Assembly: GCA_964647595.1 (NCBI GenBank)
Contig: CAZYGH010000015.1
Location: 1 to 64,000, forward strand
DNA: 64,000 nt
Direction: 5' to 3'
DNA from: an uncultured Verrucomicrobiota bacterium
Lineage (GTDB): Bacteria; Verrucomicrobiota; Kiritimatiellia; CAIQIC01; Lenti-01
The notes under the pieces are model-generated. The model was not told where the DNA came from, searched no databases, and saw only the letters and a program-made list of their open reading frames with translations. The first letter of the stretch is position 1; the number at the start of each line of letters is the position of its first letter. Shown here piece after piece: positions 9,943 through 20,147 of this stretch. A program made the translations under genes and the position numbers.

Positions 9943-11178
9943 TTACAGCTTGTAGCCAAGAGAAACAGCGATCATGTGGGCATCGCCATCCTTGAATTCG
10001 CCGGAGAGCACGCCATCGGCGGGACGCGCCGTGATGTCGCGGTCGTCGATCATCAAGTAGGTATAGGCCAAGTCGCACGAGAAATCGCCCTGCTTATAGC
10101 CGAGGCCGGCCGAAAGCAAATTGCGGTCGTTCGCAGGAACGATGTAATCAGCGTGTTCATCCGAATCGGGAGTCATATCGCGGATATAGCCAGCGCGCAA
10201 GGCCCACGCTTCGTTCAACGCATATTCGGCACCGATCTGATAGCGGATCACGTCATCCCAATCCTTCGGGGTCACGCTGGTGGGCCTCTGACCTAGGAGG
10301 GGCGGATTGAATTCGATGGCCAACTCGTCATACGAGCTCCACATCGTGTAAACCACGCCCGCGTTGATCGTCAGCTTCTCCGTGGCTTGGACGGAAGTGC
10401 CGAAGCGCAAAATACCAGGCGTTGTAATGTCGCCGCTGCCCTCGCCGCCGGGAAGCAAGGGATGAGTTACATCGTAATCACCTTCGACGGACTGCTTGAC
10501 TTCGCTATCATAGGCCAAACCAAAGGACAGCCAATCGGTCGCCTTGTAGAACGCGCCAAGGTTGTAGCCAATGCCCCAGCTATCACCCTTCATGTGGAAC
10601 TGCAGGTCGGGATCCACAAACGGGGTTCCCGTGGGAATGGCCTTATTCAATTCGAACTCAAACCATTCGGCTCGAACGCCAACAGCCAACGACAAATTAT
10701 CCAACACCTTGACGGCGATGGACGGATTGATGTCGATGCTCTGAATGGTGGCCTCCTGACAGTTGTAGCGGCCCATCCAGTCGTCATCGAAGTCAATGCC
10801 CAGCCCATAGCGGCTGAACACACCCACGCCCGCCCAGACCTTCTCGTTGATCTGATGGGTCACATAGGCATTGGGCGGCGTCCACCACTTGCTGTCTGCT
10901 TCGTTTTCCACCGTGCCAGCCGGAGTGACCGTCGTCACAGACTGGGCAGGACGGATGAAAGTCGCACCCGCTTCCATCTGTGTTCCCGACAATTCGGTCA
11001 TTCCGGCGGCGTTGTTGTACAACACCGAGGGGGAGGCTGGATCCGCCGTCACTTCTGTACCCATGGCGTTACCACGAGCGCTACCTTCATAGATACCAAA
11101 ACCCGCGCCCAACACAGTCTGCGCGGCCAACGTCGCCGCAACGCACAGCGATCCGGCGAGGAGCTTACTTTGTTTCAT
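9943..11178 (-). CDS. Outer-membrane transport protein, OmpP1/FadL/TodX family
   Basis: 411 aa with signal peptide MKQSKLLAGSLCVAATLAAQ, beta-rich composition and a C-terminal aromatic-type barrel terminus. Confidence 0.7.
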   Translation of the reverse strand: MKQSKLLAGSLCVAATLAAQTVLGAGFGIYEGSARGNAMGTEVTADPASPSVLYNNAAGMTELSGTQMEAGATFIRPAQSVTTVTPAGTVENEADSKWWTPPNAYVTHQINEKVWAGVGVFSRYGLGIDFDDDWMGRYNCQEATIQSIDINPSIAVKVLDNLSLAVGVRAEWFEFELNKAIPTGTPFVDPDLQFHMKGDSWGIGYNLGAFYKATDWLSFGLAYDSEVKQSVEGDYDVTHPLLPGGEGSGDITTPGILRFGTSVQATEKLTINAGVVYTMWSSYDELAIEFNPPLLGQRPTSVTPKDWDDVIRYQIGAEYALNEAWALRAGYIRDMTPDSDEHADYIVPANDRNLLSAGLGYKQGDFSCDLAYTYLMIDDRDITARPADGVLSGEFKDGDAHMIAVSLGYKL

Positions 11179-11355
11179 TTTAATACTTTTCCTTTATATG
11201 TTACAGCGGCCAAGAGGATTAATAAACAACCTTCACCCATCTCGTCCGGTTATGTCTCCCCTCCCACAATGGAAGAAGAGTGGGGGATTGGACAGTAAAA
11301 CGATTTTGTTGGCAAGTTTTTTTGACAACAAATTTGGCTAAACGGAAAAATAGAC

Positions 11356-12423
11356 CTACAGCAAGGGACCCAAATACCGCTTCAAATCGGCGGCCAAATC
11401 CTGCTTTTCATAGCGGGCCAGGCGTTCCCGCTGGCCCTTGAGAATGGCGGCCCGGAGGGGTTCGTCTTCCGCCACCCGTCCCAAAACTTCGGCAATCAAA
11501 TCAAACCGCTTCTCGCGCACCAGCACACCAGCGCCGTCCATCGTTTCCGGAACCGCCCCGGCCGCAAAGGCCACCACGGGCAAATCGTGCGTCATGGCTT
11601 CCAATAGCGGAATGCAAAAACCCTCGTGGTCACTCAGGCACAAAAAGGCGCGCGACACTTCATAATAGGCATTCAGCTCGTCCTGCCGCACCGAACCGAC
11701 CAAATCCACATTCTTGAGCTGAAGCTCTCGCGACCGGGTCAGCAATAGCGCGTGATACTGCTCCATGCCGGCATAGGACCCCACATGAATGAGGCGAGAG
11801 GCCGGCTGCACATAGCGCTGGAAATAGTAAAAGGCATTGAGCAAATCCTCGATTTTCTTGTTCGGCGCACACCGCCCCACAAAAAGAATATTCACCATTC
11901 CATCGCGATATTGCCTCAAAATGCGCCGATCCGGCTTGGCCCGTAGCGTGGAAAAATCCAACACCAAAGGAAGCACGTGCGGGTTGGCGTGACCCATCTC
12001 CGCGATTTCTTCCGCATTGAAACGGCTATCCGCCATGACCACCTCGGCCGCTCCTGCAAGGGTACACGCCTGTTGGCGGCCGCGGTCGAGCATGTGGGCG
12101 GTCTGCTCTTGCACTCCACGAAAATACTCGGGCGGCGTGATATTGTGATACAAAATGGCCTTCCGACCCGGCAACGTTGGAAAGAGGTCATTGACTTCCG
12201 ACCCAATCGATAAATGCAACAGCACCACATCATCCGGACGAAAATCTCCCCGACTGGTTGCCAAGTCACGCGCTTCTCCCCGCAATTCGGGCAGAATGCG
12301 TTTCTGCTCGGAATACACATGCGAATCGAATCCCCACGACCGGAACAAGGCGCGCATGACCCGCACCTCGTTGCTGATGGCGTCTCCGTTAGCATATCCC
12401 GCCACAATTTGATGAATCGCTCG
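11356..12423 (-). CDS. Glycosyltransferase family 4 (GT-B fold)
   Basis: GT4 C-terminal signature EGFCIPLLEAMTHDLPVVAFAAGAVPETM. The ORF extends to 12660 through a Lys/Arg-rich leader that overlaps the divergent gene, so the start at MRAIHQ (12423) is preferred. Confidence 0.7.
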   Translation of the reverse strand, partial: RAIHQIVAGYANGDAISNEVRVMRALFRSWGFDSHVYSEQKRILPELRGEARDLATSRGDFRPDDVVLLHLSIGSEVNDLFPTLPGRKAILYHNITPPEYFRGVQEQTAHMLDRGRQQACTLAGAAEVVMADSRFNAEEIAEMGHANPHVLPLVLDFSTLRAKPDRRILRQYRDGMVNILFVGRCAPNKKIEDLLNAFYYFQRYVQPASRLIHVGSYAGMEQYHALLLTRSRELQLKNVDLVGSVRQDELNAYYEVSRAFLCLSDHEGFCIPLLEAMTHDLPVVAFAAGAVPETMDGAGVLVREKRFDLIAEVLGRVAEDEPLRAAILKGQRERLARYEKQDLAADLKRYLGPLL

Positions 12424-12424
12424 C

Positions 12425-15091
12425 ATGTGTCCTTTTTCCAGTGGGGGGCATCCTAGCGGGAAGGTGTCTGCCGAATCAAACCCCGATTTCGCCGTTTGGC
12501 CTTTGGCTTGCCTCCCGCCCCCGCGATACCCTACCTTGTGCCGCGTGAACCTGCGCGCAATTCCAACCCGTTTCGGCTTTGCCGGCCTGCTCTTGCTGGC
12601 GGGCCTCCTGCTATGGGCAGCCACGGCTTGGCCCTTGCCTCGCGTTTTTTCGGAGGCCATTCCTCACACCAATCTCAATCCTGAGTCGCAAACCGTCCGC
12701 CCCATCACCTCCGGCGACCACCTCCAACTGCTCTACCATTTCTGGTTGGGCCTCGATGCCCTCACCGGCCACTCGCCGTTTTTTCACAACGTCTATGAAT
12801 TCAATCTCGGCGACGACACCGCCCGCCTTCAGCCCGACCTCTACTACATGCCCTTCTCCCTCGTCTATGCCGCCGTAGCGCCCCGCGCCGGACACGCCGC
12901 AGGCTGGAATGCGGCGGGCCTTGCCTCGGTTCTCCTCGGCATTCTTTTCACCGGTCTTCTCGCTCGTCGCTTCACCGCATCGCTTCCCGCCGCCCTGCTG
13001 GCCACCCTGATCGCTGCCTCATTTCCCTATCGCTGGATCACGCTCTTCACCGGCTCGCCCACCGGCTTCGCCATGGCCTTCCCCCCCCTGTTGTTCTACG
13101 GGCTGGATCGCGCCATCCGCGATCGCTCCCCCATCGGCGGACTCCTAGCCGGATTGGCCCTGTTCTTTTCCTATACAACCGACTTGCACGTCTTTTATTT
13201 CTCCGCCCTTGCCGCTCCCTTCTTTGCAGCGCTTTCGTTTGTGCGCACCACACCAGGGCCCCGCGACTGGCCCGCCGCCGCTCGACGCTCCGTACTTCCT
13301 CTTCTGCCCTTCGTCCTCTTGGCGTCGGCGGCAGTCGCCATCAGCGTACTCATGAGCCGCCACTTGGCCGATTCCGTCATGGCCGCCGGACGCACCATCG
13401 GCGAAATCTCTTCCTACTCCCCACCCGCCGCCGGCCTCATCTCCACCGCACGCGCCGGCATGGCCAACCACGCTTATGTGGGCATAGCCTTTTTCACGCT
13501 CTTCACTGTCAGCCTCATCGCTTGGCTTTTATCATTTCCTCGCCACAAAATCGCCGAACGCATCGCCGTGGCAGCTCTCGTCGCCGCCGGAGCAACCGTC
13601 ATTCTGCTGGCCCTGGGTGCCAACGCTCCCCTCGATGGCTTGCCCATTCGCGCCGCTCGCAAACTGATTCCCAAGTATACGATGATTCGCCAAACCGTGA
13701 AAATCTACGGCCTCCTGCCCACGGTAATAGCGCCGCTGTTGGCCCTTCTCTTCAGCCGCCTCTTCGCAAATCGCCGAACACCCCTTCGCCTAGCTTCCAT
13801 CGGATTGATTTCTACTCTTTGCCTCTGGACTCTCATTCAATTTCTCACCCAAACCTCTCCCGGCTTTTGCCGCCTGCCGCGCGAAAATGCCGCCTATGCC
13901 GCCGTGGCCCAAGACGACACCGCCAACGCCGGACGCCCCGCCCACGCCTTAGCCCTTCCTCTCTGGCCCGGCGATTCCCACTGGACCAGCCTGTATGAAT
14001 ACGCCGTCATGCTATCGCGCGTCCGCCTAGTCAACGGCTATGCCCCGGCCGTTCCCCAAAACTACTTCACCAACCTCTTCAAAGCCTACGAATCGCTCAA
14101 CCAAGGCGTCGCCACCGACGAACAACTCGACGGCCTTCTTTCCCTCGGCGTCCGCCATCTTCTTCTCCACGCCAATGCCTTTCCCGAACAAGTCTCGCCC
14201 TTCCCCGCCGCCGCAACTCTCCGTGCCCTCGTCGGACACCCCCGCCTCGCGCTGATCGCCGACGATGGCCAAATCTTCGCCTTCCGCATTTTGCCCAAGC
14301 ACCCCATTGAACACACTCCTCACTGCAACTGGCCCTACGACCTCTATGCCGCCGCCCGCCAGTGGAGCTGGATTCCGCCTCTCGAAATTTCCAACGCCCA
14401 AACCGCCCCCCTCCTCCTGCGCGCCCCCGTTTTCCCCGCGCCCCATCTGCGCATCCTCCTGCGACTCAACGAAGGCTCTTCCCAACCTCTTCTGGTTCCG
14501 CCAAACAACCACGGACTTTCCAGCCTCACCCATCCCATCGCCGGCCTTCCCGATTGGCTCCAAGCCGAATGCCCCAGCCCCACCGGCGCGCTCATCAATG
14601 CCATTTCGGGCCCCGCGGCCCTGACCCACGCCCTTCTCACTGCAGGCGAATGGCCCGCCCCCGCCGCCGACGGCTCCATCCCCATCGCACCCGCCCTCCT
14701 TTTCCACGCCGGGCACTCCGCCCCCGGCGATGACTCCGTCTCCTTCCTCCCCGAAACCGTCCCCGCCGGCATCGTTCTCTACGGCCCCCAGCTTCCCCTC
14801 CCCCCCGGCCTCTACGACATCGACATCACCTACTCCGCCAACCTCCCCGCCGGCACCCTTCGCCTCCTCACCCTCCCGGCTCGCACCCCCCTCGCCTCCG
14901 CTGAACTTCAAGTCGACACCCAAGCCCTCCACGCCCACGGCGAAACTCTCCGCTTCCGCGCCATTTCCATCGACGCCTCCCCCCTCCGCTTCGAACTCGA
15001 CTACACCGGTCAAGCCAACCTCAAACTCCACCGCATCGTGTTTCGCCCCGCCACCCTCCAGCTTCGCGCCATCCCACCCCGAACACCATAA
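12425..15091 (+). CDS. Large polytopic membrane protein, putative GT-C-type glycosyltransferase (ArnT/PMT/YfhO-like)
   Basis: 888-aa ORF with about 12 N-terminal TM helices followed by a Pro-rich extracytoplasmic C-terminal domain. The true start is probably internal, around 12549. Confidence 0.45.
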   Translation: MCPFSSGGHPSGKVSAESNPDFAVWPLACLPPPRYPTLCRVNLRAIPTRFGFAGLLLLAGLLLWAATAWPLPRVFSEAIPHTNLNPESQTVRPITSGDHLQLLYHFWLGLDALTGHSPFFHNVYEFNLGDDTARLQPDLYYMPFSLVYAAVAPRAGHAAGWNAAGLASVLLGILFTGLLARRFTASLPAALLATLIAASFPYRWITLFTGSPTGFAMAFPPLLFYGLDRAIRDRSPIGGLLAGLALFFSYTTDLHVFYFSALAAPFFAALSFVRTTPGPRDWPAAARRSVLPLLPFVLLASAAVAISVLMSRHLADSVMAAGRTIGEISSYSPPAAGLISTARAGMANHAYVGIAFFTLFTVSLIAWLLSFPRHKIAERIAVAALVAAGATVILLALGANAPLDGLPIRAARKLIPKYTMIRQTVKIYGLLPTVIAPLLALLFSRLFANRRTPLRLASIGLISTLCLWTLIQFLTQTSPGFCRLPRENAAYAAVAQDDTANAGRPAHALALPLWPGDSHWTSLYEYAVMLSRVRLVNGYAPAVPQNYFTNLFKAYESLNQGVATDEQLDGLLSLGVRHLLLHANAFPEQVSPFPAAATLRALVGHPRLALIADDGQIFAFRILPKHPIEHTPHCNWPYDLYAAARQWSWIPPLEISNAQTAPLLLRAPVFPAPHLRILLRLNEGSSQPLLVPPNNHGLSSLTHPIAGLPDWLQAECPSPTGALINAISGPAALTHALLTAGEWPAPAADGSIPIAPALLFHAGHSAPGDDSVSFLPETVPAGIVLYGPQLPLPPGLYDIDITYSANLPAGTLRLLTLPARTPLASAELQVDTQALHAHGETLRFRAISIDASPLRFELDYTGQANLKLHRIVFRPATLQLRAIPPRTP

Positions 15092-15137
15092 ACACCGATC
15101 AGCCGCATCCGGCACCCCCCCCCTTCCCAACTGTTGG

Positions 15138-15360
15138 GCGCATCCCCATTTCATTGACTCCAAATCTTCAATATCCAATATCGAATATCCACGTGGGACA
15201 GAACGGGAAGATAGGATGCGCCTAGGAAGCGCACCCCGCCCCGGCGGTTCTGCTGCCCCCCGCCTCCATACTTGAAACTTGGATATTGAACATTGGATAT
15301 TCCTCCATCTGGGAATGGGTTGAGTGACAACCGCTTTAGGTCAATGAAACGGGGATGCGC
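15138..15360. repeat. MITE-like element or structured leader with nested inverted repeats
   Basis: Outer inverted repeat GCGCATCCCCATTTCATTGAC (15138-15158) / GTCAATGAAACGGGGATGCGC (15340-15360). Inner inverted repeat AATATCCAATATCGAATATCC (15170-15190) / GGATATTGAACATTGGATATT (15281-15301). Confidence 0.6.
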
Positions 15361-15427
15361 CCCCAACTGTTCCCCCCCTCCAAAAAAAACGTGCCTCCTC
15401 CCCCTCCATACGGTAGGATGCTGAACA

Positions 15428-16345
15428 ATGAGCCTGCCGACCATCCGAGAACTGCTGAAAGCGCGACGCCAACCGTTGCTCTCCCTCGAATTCTATCCCC
15501 CAAAAGATCCCCTCGGCTTCGGCATTCTCGGCGGCTCCATCGAACGTATGCGCCCCGTCCACCCCGACTTCGTCACCTGCACCTATGGCGCAGGCGGATC
15601 CTCTCGCGAATTCAGCTTTGCCGCTTGGGAACTCCTCTCCCGCATGGGCTTCACTCCCGTCGTCGCCCACCTCACCTGCGTCGGGGCCTCCCGCGCCGAT
15701 CTCGTCGCCCAAATCAACCGTATCTACGACTCCGGCATCCGCAACATCATGGCCCTCCGCGGCGATCCCCCGCGCGGCGAAACTGAATTCACCCCTGCGC
15801 CCGATGGTCTCGCTCACGCCTCCGACCTCGTCGCTCTCATTCAATCCCTTCACCCCGATGTCTGCTGCGGCGTCGCAGGCTATCCCGAGACCCATCCCGA
15901 AGCCCCTTCCCTCGCCGAAGACCTCCGCCGCCTCAAAGAAAAAACCGAGGTCGGCGCCGACTTCATCAACACCCAGCTTTTTTTCGACAACACCGCCTAC
16001 TTCCGGTTTCTCAACGCCGCCCGCGCCGCCGGCATCCAAACCCCCATCCTCCCCGGCCTCATGCCCGTCGCCTCCATCGCCCAGCTCGACCGCGCCCTCG
16101 CCTTTAGCCGCGCCACCGCCCCCCTAGCTCTCCGCGAAGCCCTTTCCTCCGCCCCCAACCCCGAAGCCGCCCGCGCCGCTGGCATCGAATGGCTCATTGC
16201 CCAAATCGATGGACTCATTGCCAACGGCGCCCCCGGCATCCACCTCTACATCTTGAACCAAGCCAAAACCATTTTGGATCCACGCCTCGCCGAATGTCTC
16301 GCACGCTGGCGCCGATCCTCCGACCCACAAGGAAAACGCACATGA
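15428..16345 (+). CDS. metF: 5,10-methylenetetrahydrofolate reductase
   Basis: 305 aa, MetF family (…LSLEFYPPK…TCTYGAGGS…). Its stop overlaps the rfbD start. Confidence 0.9.
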   Translation: MSLPTIRELLKARRQPLLSLEFYPPKDPLGFGILGGSIERMRPVHPDFVTCTYGAGGSSREFSFAAWELLSRMGFTPVVAHLTCVGASRADLVAQINRIYDSGIRNIMALRGDPPRGETEFTPAPDGLAHASDLVALIQSLHPDVCCGVAGYPETHPEAPSLAEDLRRLKEKTEVGADFINTQLFFDNTAYFRFLNAARAAGIQTPILPGLMPVASIAQLDRALAFSRATAPLALREALSSAPNPEAARAAGIEWLIAQIDGLIANGAPGIHLYILNQAKTILDPRLAECLARWRRSSDPQGKRT

Positions 16346-17226
16346 AAATTCTCGTCACCGGTGGATGGGGCCAGCTCGGCTGGGATTGCCGCGAAGTGTT
16401 CACCCCCAAGCACGAAGTACTCGCCCTCGACCTGCCCAATCTCGACATCACCGACGCCAACAGCGTCGACGGAGTCCTCAACCTCTGGAAGCCCGACGTC
16501 CTCGTCAACTGCGCCGCCTATACCGCCGTCGATCGCGCTGAAACCGATGTCGCCAAATCCTGGCACGTCAACCGGGATGGACCCGCTCTCCTTGCCTCGC
16601 GCGCCAAAGCCCACAACATTTTCCTCGTTCACGTGTCCACCGACTATGTCTTCGATGGCGTACGCCCCGTCCCCCAACCCTATCTTGAAACTGACACCCC
16701 AAATCCCTCCAGCGTCTACGGCAAAAGCAAGCTCGCCGGCGAACGTGAAATCCAAGAACACGATCCCCGCCACGCCATCCTGCGCACCGCATGGCTCTAC
16801 GGTTCCCACGGCTATAACTTCCTCAAAACCATTCTGCGCCGCGCCGTCAACGATCCCCAAAAAGGACTCCGCGTTGTGAGCGACCAGTACGGCACCCCCA
16901 CCTGGTCCCGCCGCCTCGCCAAACAAATCCTCGCCGTCGTCGAAGCCGACGCCGCCGGACTCTTCCACGCCTCCGGCGAAGGCTATTGCTCCTGGTTCGA
17001 CTTCGCCAAAGAATTCATTTCCGCCATGCAGCTCGACTGCGAAGTGCGCCCCTGCACCACCGCGGACTATCCCACCCCCACCGTCCGTCCCGCCAACTCC
17101 ATCCTCGAGAACGCCAACCTCAAGAAGGCCAACCTCAATCTCATGCAAGACTGGCGCGAAGACCTCCGCGAATACGCCTCACGCTACCGCGAAGCCCTCC
17201 TGCGCGAAGTAAAAACCCAGTCATGA
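16342..17226 (+). CDS. rfbD: dTDP-4-dehydrorhamnose reductase
   Basis: MKILVTGGWGQLG Rossmann N-terminus and the Y...K motif of the RmlD family. Its stop TGA overlaps the rfbB ATG at 17223-17226. Confidence 0.85.
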   Translation: MKILVTGGWGQLGWDCREVFTPKHEVLALDLPNLDITDANSVDGVLNLWKPDVLVNCAAYTAVDRAETDVAKSWHVNRDGPALLASRAKAHNIFLVHVSTDYVFDGVRPVPQPYLETDTPNPSSVYGKSKLAGEREIQEHDPRHAILRTAWLYGSHGYNFLKTILRRAVNDPQKGLRVVSDQYGTPTWSRRLAKQILAVVEADAAGLFHASGEGYCSWFDFAKEFISAMQLDCEVRPCTTADYPTPTVRPANSILENANLKKANLNLMQDWREDLREYASRYREALLREVKTQS

Positions 17227-18287
17227 GCCGCACCTTCCGCAACCTGCTGGTCACCGGCGGCGCCGGCTTCATCGGCGTCAACTTCATCCGCTGGCTCTTT
17301 GATCAACCCGACGGCCCCGCCCGCATCATCAACGTCGACAAGCTCACCTACGCCGGAAATCCCCTCTCGCTCCTGGATCTCACCGAGCGCGTCGGCAACC
17401 GCTATGTCTTCGTCAAGGCCGACATCTGCGATGCCCCCAAGATGAAGGACATCATCGAACAATTCGACATCGACTCCATCGCCCACTTCGCCGCCGAAAG
17501 CCACGTCGATCGCTCCATTGTCGCCCCCGACGAATTTGTCCGCACCAACATCCTCGGCACCTATACCCTCCTGCAAGCCGCCCGCGAACACGCCTCTCAA
17601 ATTCAAGTGTTTCACCACATTTCCACCGATGAAGTCTTTGGCTCCCTCGGCCCCACCGGCTTCTTCACCGAAGAAACCCCCTACTCCCCCAACTCCCCCT
17701 ACTCCGCCTCCAAGGCATCGAGCGATCACCTCGTCCGCGCCTACCACGAAACCTACAAACTCCCCACCACCCTCTCCAACTGCTCCAACAATTACGGCCC
17801 CTACCAATTTCCTGAAAAACTCATCCCCCTCATGATTCTCAACGCCATCGAAGGCAAACCCCTTCCCGTCTACGGCGACGGCATGAACATCCGCGACTGG
17901 CTCTTTGTCACCGACCACTGCTCTGCCATCTGGCGCATCATGCAGCAAGCCGCCTTCGGCACCACCTACAACGTCGGCGGCCGCAACGAACTCCCCAACC
18001 TCCGCGTCGTCGAAAAAATCTGCGACCTCGTCGACGCCAAAGCCCCCCCCCTCCCCAGCGGAAAACCCCGCCGATCCCTCATCACGTTTGTGAAAGACCG
18101 CCCCGGCCACGACCAACGCTACGCCATCGACTGCTCCAAGATCGAACGCGACCTCGGTTGGAAACCCGCCGAAACGTGGGCCACCGGCTTTGAACGCACT
18201 GTCAACTGGTACCTCGCCAACGCCCCTTGGTGTACCCAAGTCCGCTCCGGCGAGTACCAAAAGTGGATCGCCACCCACTACACCTGA
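17223..18287 (+). CDS. rfbB: dTDP-glucose 4,6-dehydratase
   Basis: MSRTFRNLLVTGGAGFIGVNF Rossmann motif and YSASKASSDHL catalytic motif. Confidence 0.9.
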   Translation: MSRTFRNLLVTGGAGFIGVNFIRWLFDQPDGPARIINVDKLTYAGNPLSLLDLTERVGNRYVFVKADICDAPKMKDIIEQFDIDSIAHFAAESHVDRSIVAPDEFVRTNILGTYTLLQAAREHASQIQVFHHISTDEVFGSLGPTGFFTEETPYSPNSPYSASKASSDHLVRAYHETYKLPTTLSNCSNNYGPYQFPEKLIPLMILNAIEGKPLPVYGDGMNIRDWLFVTDHCSAIWRIMQQAAFGTTYNVGGRNELPNLRVVEKICDLVDAKAPPLPSGKPRRSLITFVKDRPGHDQRYAIDCSKIERDLGWKPAETWATGFERTVNWYLANAPWCTQVRSGEYQKWIATHYT

Positions 18288-18366
18288 CCCGCCATCCCCT
18301 CCGCGTTTTCTCGCCCTACAGGCTCCCCCTTTCGACTATCACAGTTAATTAATTGTGATAGCTCGC

Positions 18367-18440
18367 GTTTTCCACACAATGGAAAACTTTTTTTCGATTT
18401 TTCCACACAATGGAAAGAATGTTTCCACACTGTGGAAAAC
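18367..18440. repeat. Copy 2 of the 75-bp triple-palindrome element
   Basis: GTTTTCCACACAATGGAAAAC...TTTCCACACAATGGAAAGAATGTTTCCACACTGTGGAAAAC followed by TTATTTTTT. It lies between the convergent rfbB and pseudopilin genes. Confidence 0.8.
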
Positions 18441-18457
18441 TTATTTTTTGAGCCCGA

Positions 18458-19096
18458 TTACGGCAGCGGGCGAACCGTAGACCACGTCACCCCATCGCGC
18501 ACTTTGTAGCGCGCCAAAACCCCCCGATCGCCCACCCGCGTGTACCACGTGGAAGCCGCCAGCGGCACCTGATCGAGCGAACCCTTTGGTGTGTCTGCTC
18601 TGGGCCCCACACTCCACACCACCCACGCCAACTGCGAATTCGGCGAATCGTCCGCCTTCCCCGTCGTGGCTTGGCACGACGGAAAATCGTCCGGCACCCA
18701 CACCGGATAGCGGTCGTCCTGCTTCGACCCGTTCATCCAGTAGTTTTCCGGTGCGGCATATTTATACGTGTTGCCCGAATGAAACGGATCTTCCAGTAGC
18801 GTCGAGGTTTTCGTGCGCGTGTTCTTTGGCAAATAGCCGCCATCTGCCAATTCCTGCGGCAGTTGCAACACTTCCCCTTGATCCGCCGCCATGCACGACA
18901 CCACCACCGGCGGATAGCACTGGTGGTCCGTGCGGTATGCCTCCAACGCCACTTCCACCGTCTGCAAATCGCCAACCACCCGCGCCACGCGCGCACGCTC
19001 GATCGACGCCAAGACAGGCGGCGCCGCCAGCGCGACCAACAAGGCCAACACCACCAGCACCACCAGCAACTCAATCAAGGTGAATGCGTTCTTCAA
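18458..19096 (-). CDS. Prepilin-type N-terminal cleavage/methylation domain protein (pseudopilin-like)
   Basis: N-terminus MKNAFTLIELLVVLVVLALL carries the class III signal peptide motif (FTLIEL). Confidence 0.75.
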   Translation of the reverse strand: MKNAFTLIELLVVLVVLALLVALAAPPVLASIERARVARVVGDLQTVEVALEAYRTDHQCYPPVVVSCMAADQGEVLQLPQELADGGYLPKNTRTKTSTLLEDPFHSGNTYKYAAPENYWMNGSKQDDRYPVWVPDDFPSCQATTGKADDSPNSQLAWVVWSVGPRADTPKGSLDQVPLAASTWYTRVGDRGVLARYKVRDGVTWSTVRPLP

Positions 19097-20145
19097 TCGA
19101 CCTTTTTCAATCTATAGGCACGATTCGACGACATGCTGTTCTCTTCAATCACAATCCTCTTTACAGGCGTGATATCGACTTCGCTCCAGTTCCCGGGTCC
19201 GCCATCCGAGGCTTCCAGCACGTAGCCCTCGTAATCCGAAGAGAAGCTCACCGCCATTCCGCCCGAAGCGCTTCTCCCCACTAGGAGCACCGGCTCAAAT
19301 TCCTGCACAAATAGCTCATAGCCATTTGTGTTGCTGTTTTCCTGATTCAAAATACCCGTCGCCGAAAACACCGTTGCGGTGGAACGAGGAGTCTCCAAAT
19401 CCGTCAACGGCATTCGCAGTTGAAAGCTCCGTCCCCGATCGTCCGTGACCATGCACACACGATCCGTCCAATTGGTCTTTCCCCACCCATTCGTGTTTGT
19501 CAGCCGAAGGCCATCCAACCGCACCCGCATTCCCTGATAATGCTCTCCGCCCGTCGCTCGCGTTTCATCAAAAATGGCGCTGTCATCGGCGTTCTTCAAA
19601 TCCGCCAGCGTAAGGGCCTCCGCCTGCGGCAATCCCACATTCGCCTTCACCAGCGCCACGTCGAAATTATTCGATGCTGTGGTGCGATGAGCTTTGTTGA
19701 TATTCATCTTGCCGTTGTAAAACAACGCCTTCCGCGCCGTCACCTCCACCCGATCGCCCTTGCGAAACTTGCGCCCGTTTCCATCGTACATCACCCGTTG
19801 CATTTCGCTGTTCCACTCCGCCTCGGTGTAGTTGTTTCCGGCAAGGAAACTCATCTGCGCCATATAGAGCGCCGTTCCGCCCCGATCGCCCGCCTCCACC
19901 GCCTGAATGAACAATTGAAACTGCCCGCCCGTTGGAGGAGTTGTCGCCTCCGGACGAAACGCCATCTCCAGCATCTCTTCCGGATCATTCACGATCACGC
20001 CTTGGATCGTAAAGGGGATGCCCCCACCCCACGCGCTTTCTCCGTTCGTCGTCACCGCCTGCAACTCCGCATGAGTCACCACGGCAGTCTGCGCCAGCGC
20101 CGTCGAACACCAACCCAACCCCAAAATGACAATCCACGGTTTCAT
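19093..20145 (-). CDS. Secreted hypothetical protein, cotranscribed with nikR
   Basis: 350 aa with signal peptide MKPWIVILGLGWCSTALAQ and no recognisable domain. It has 4-bp overlaps with both flanking genes. Confidence 0.5.
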   Translation of the reverse strand: MKPWIVILGLGWCSTALAQTAVVTHAELQAVTTNGESAWGGGIPFTIQGVIVNDPEEMLEMAFRPEATTPPTGGQFQLFIQAVEAGDRGGTALYMAQMSFLAGNNYTEAEWNSEMQRVMYDGNGRKFRKGDRVEVTARKALFYNGKMNINKAHRTTASNNFDVALVKANVGLPQAEALTLADLKNADDSAIFDETRATGGEHYQGMRVRLDGLRLTNTNGWGKTNWTDRVCMVTDDRGRSFQLRMPLTDLETPRSTATVFSATGILNQENSNTNGYELFVQEFEPVLLVGRSASGGMAVSFSSDYEGYVLEASDGGPGNWSEVDITPVKRIVIEENSMSSNRAYRLKKVD

Positions 20146-20147
20146 GC

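Noticed and set aside
14027-18278. Several long Gly/Ala/Glu-rich minus-strand ORFs (14027-15178, 16246-17148, 17184-18278)
   Set aside because: All are antisense to clearly identifiable genes (the membrane protein, rfbD and rfbB) with low-complexity G/A/V/E composition.
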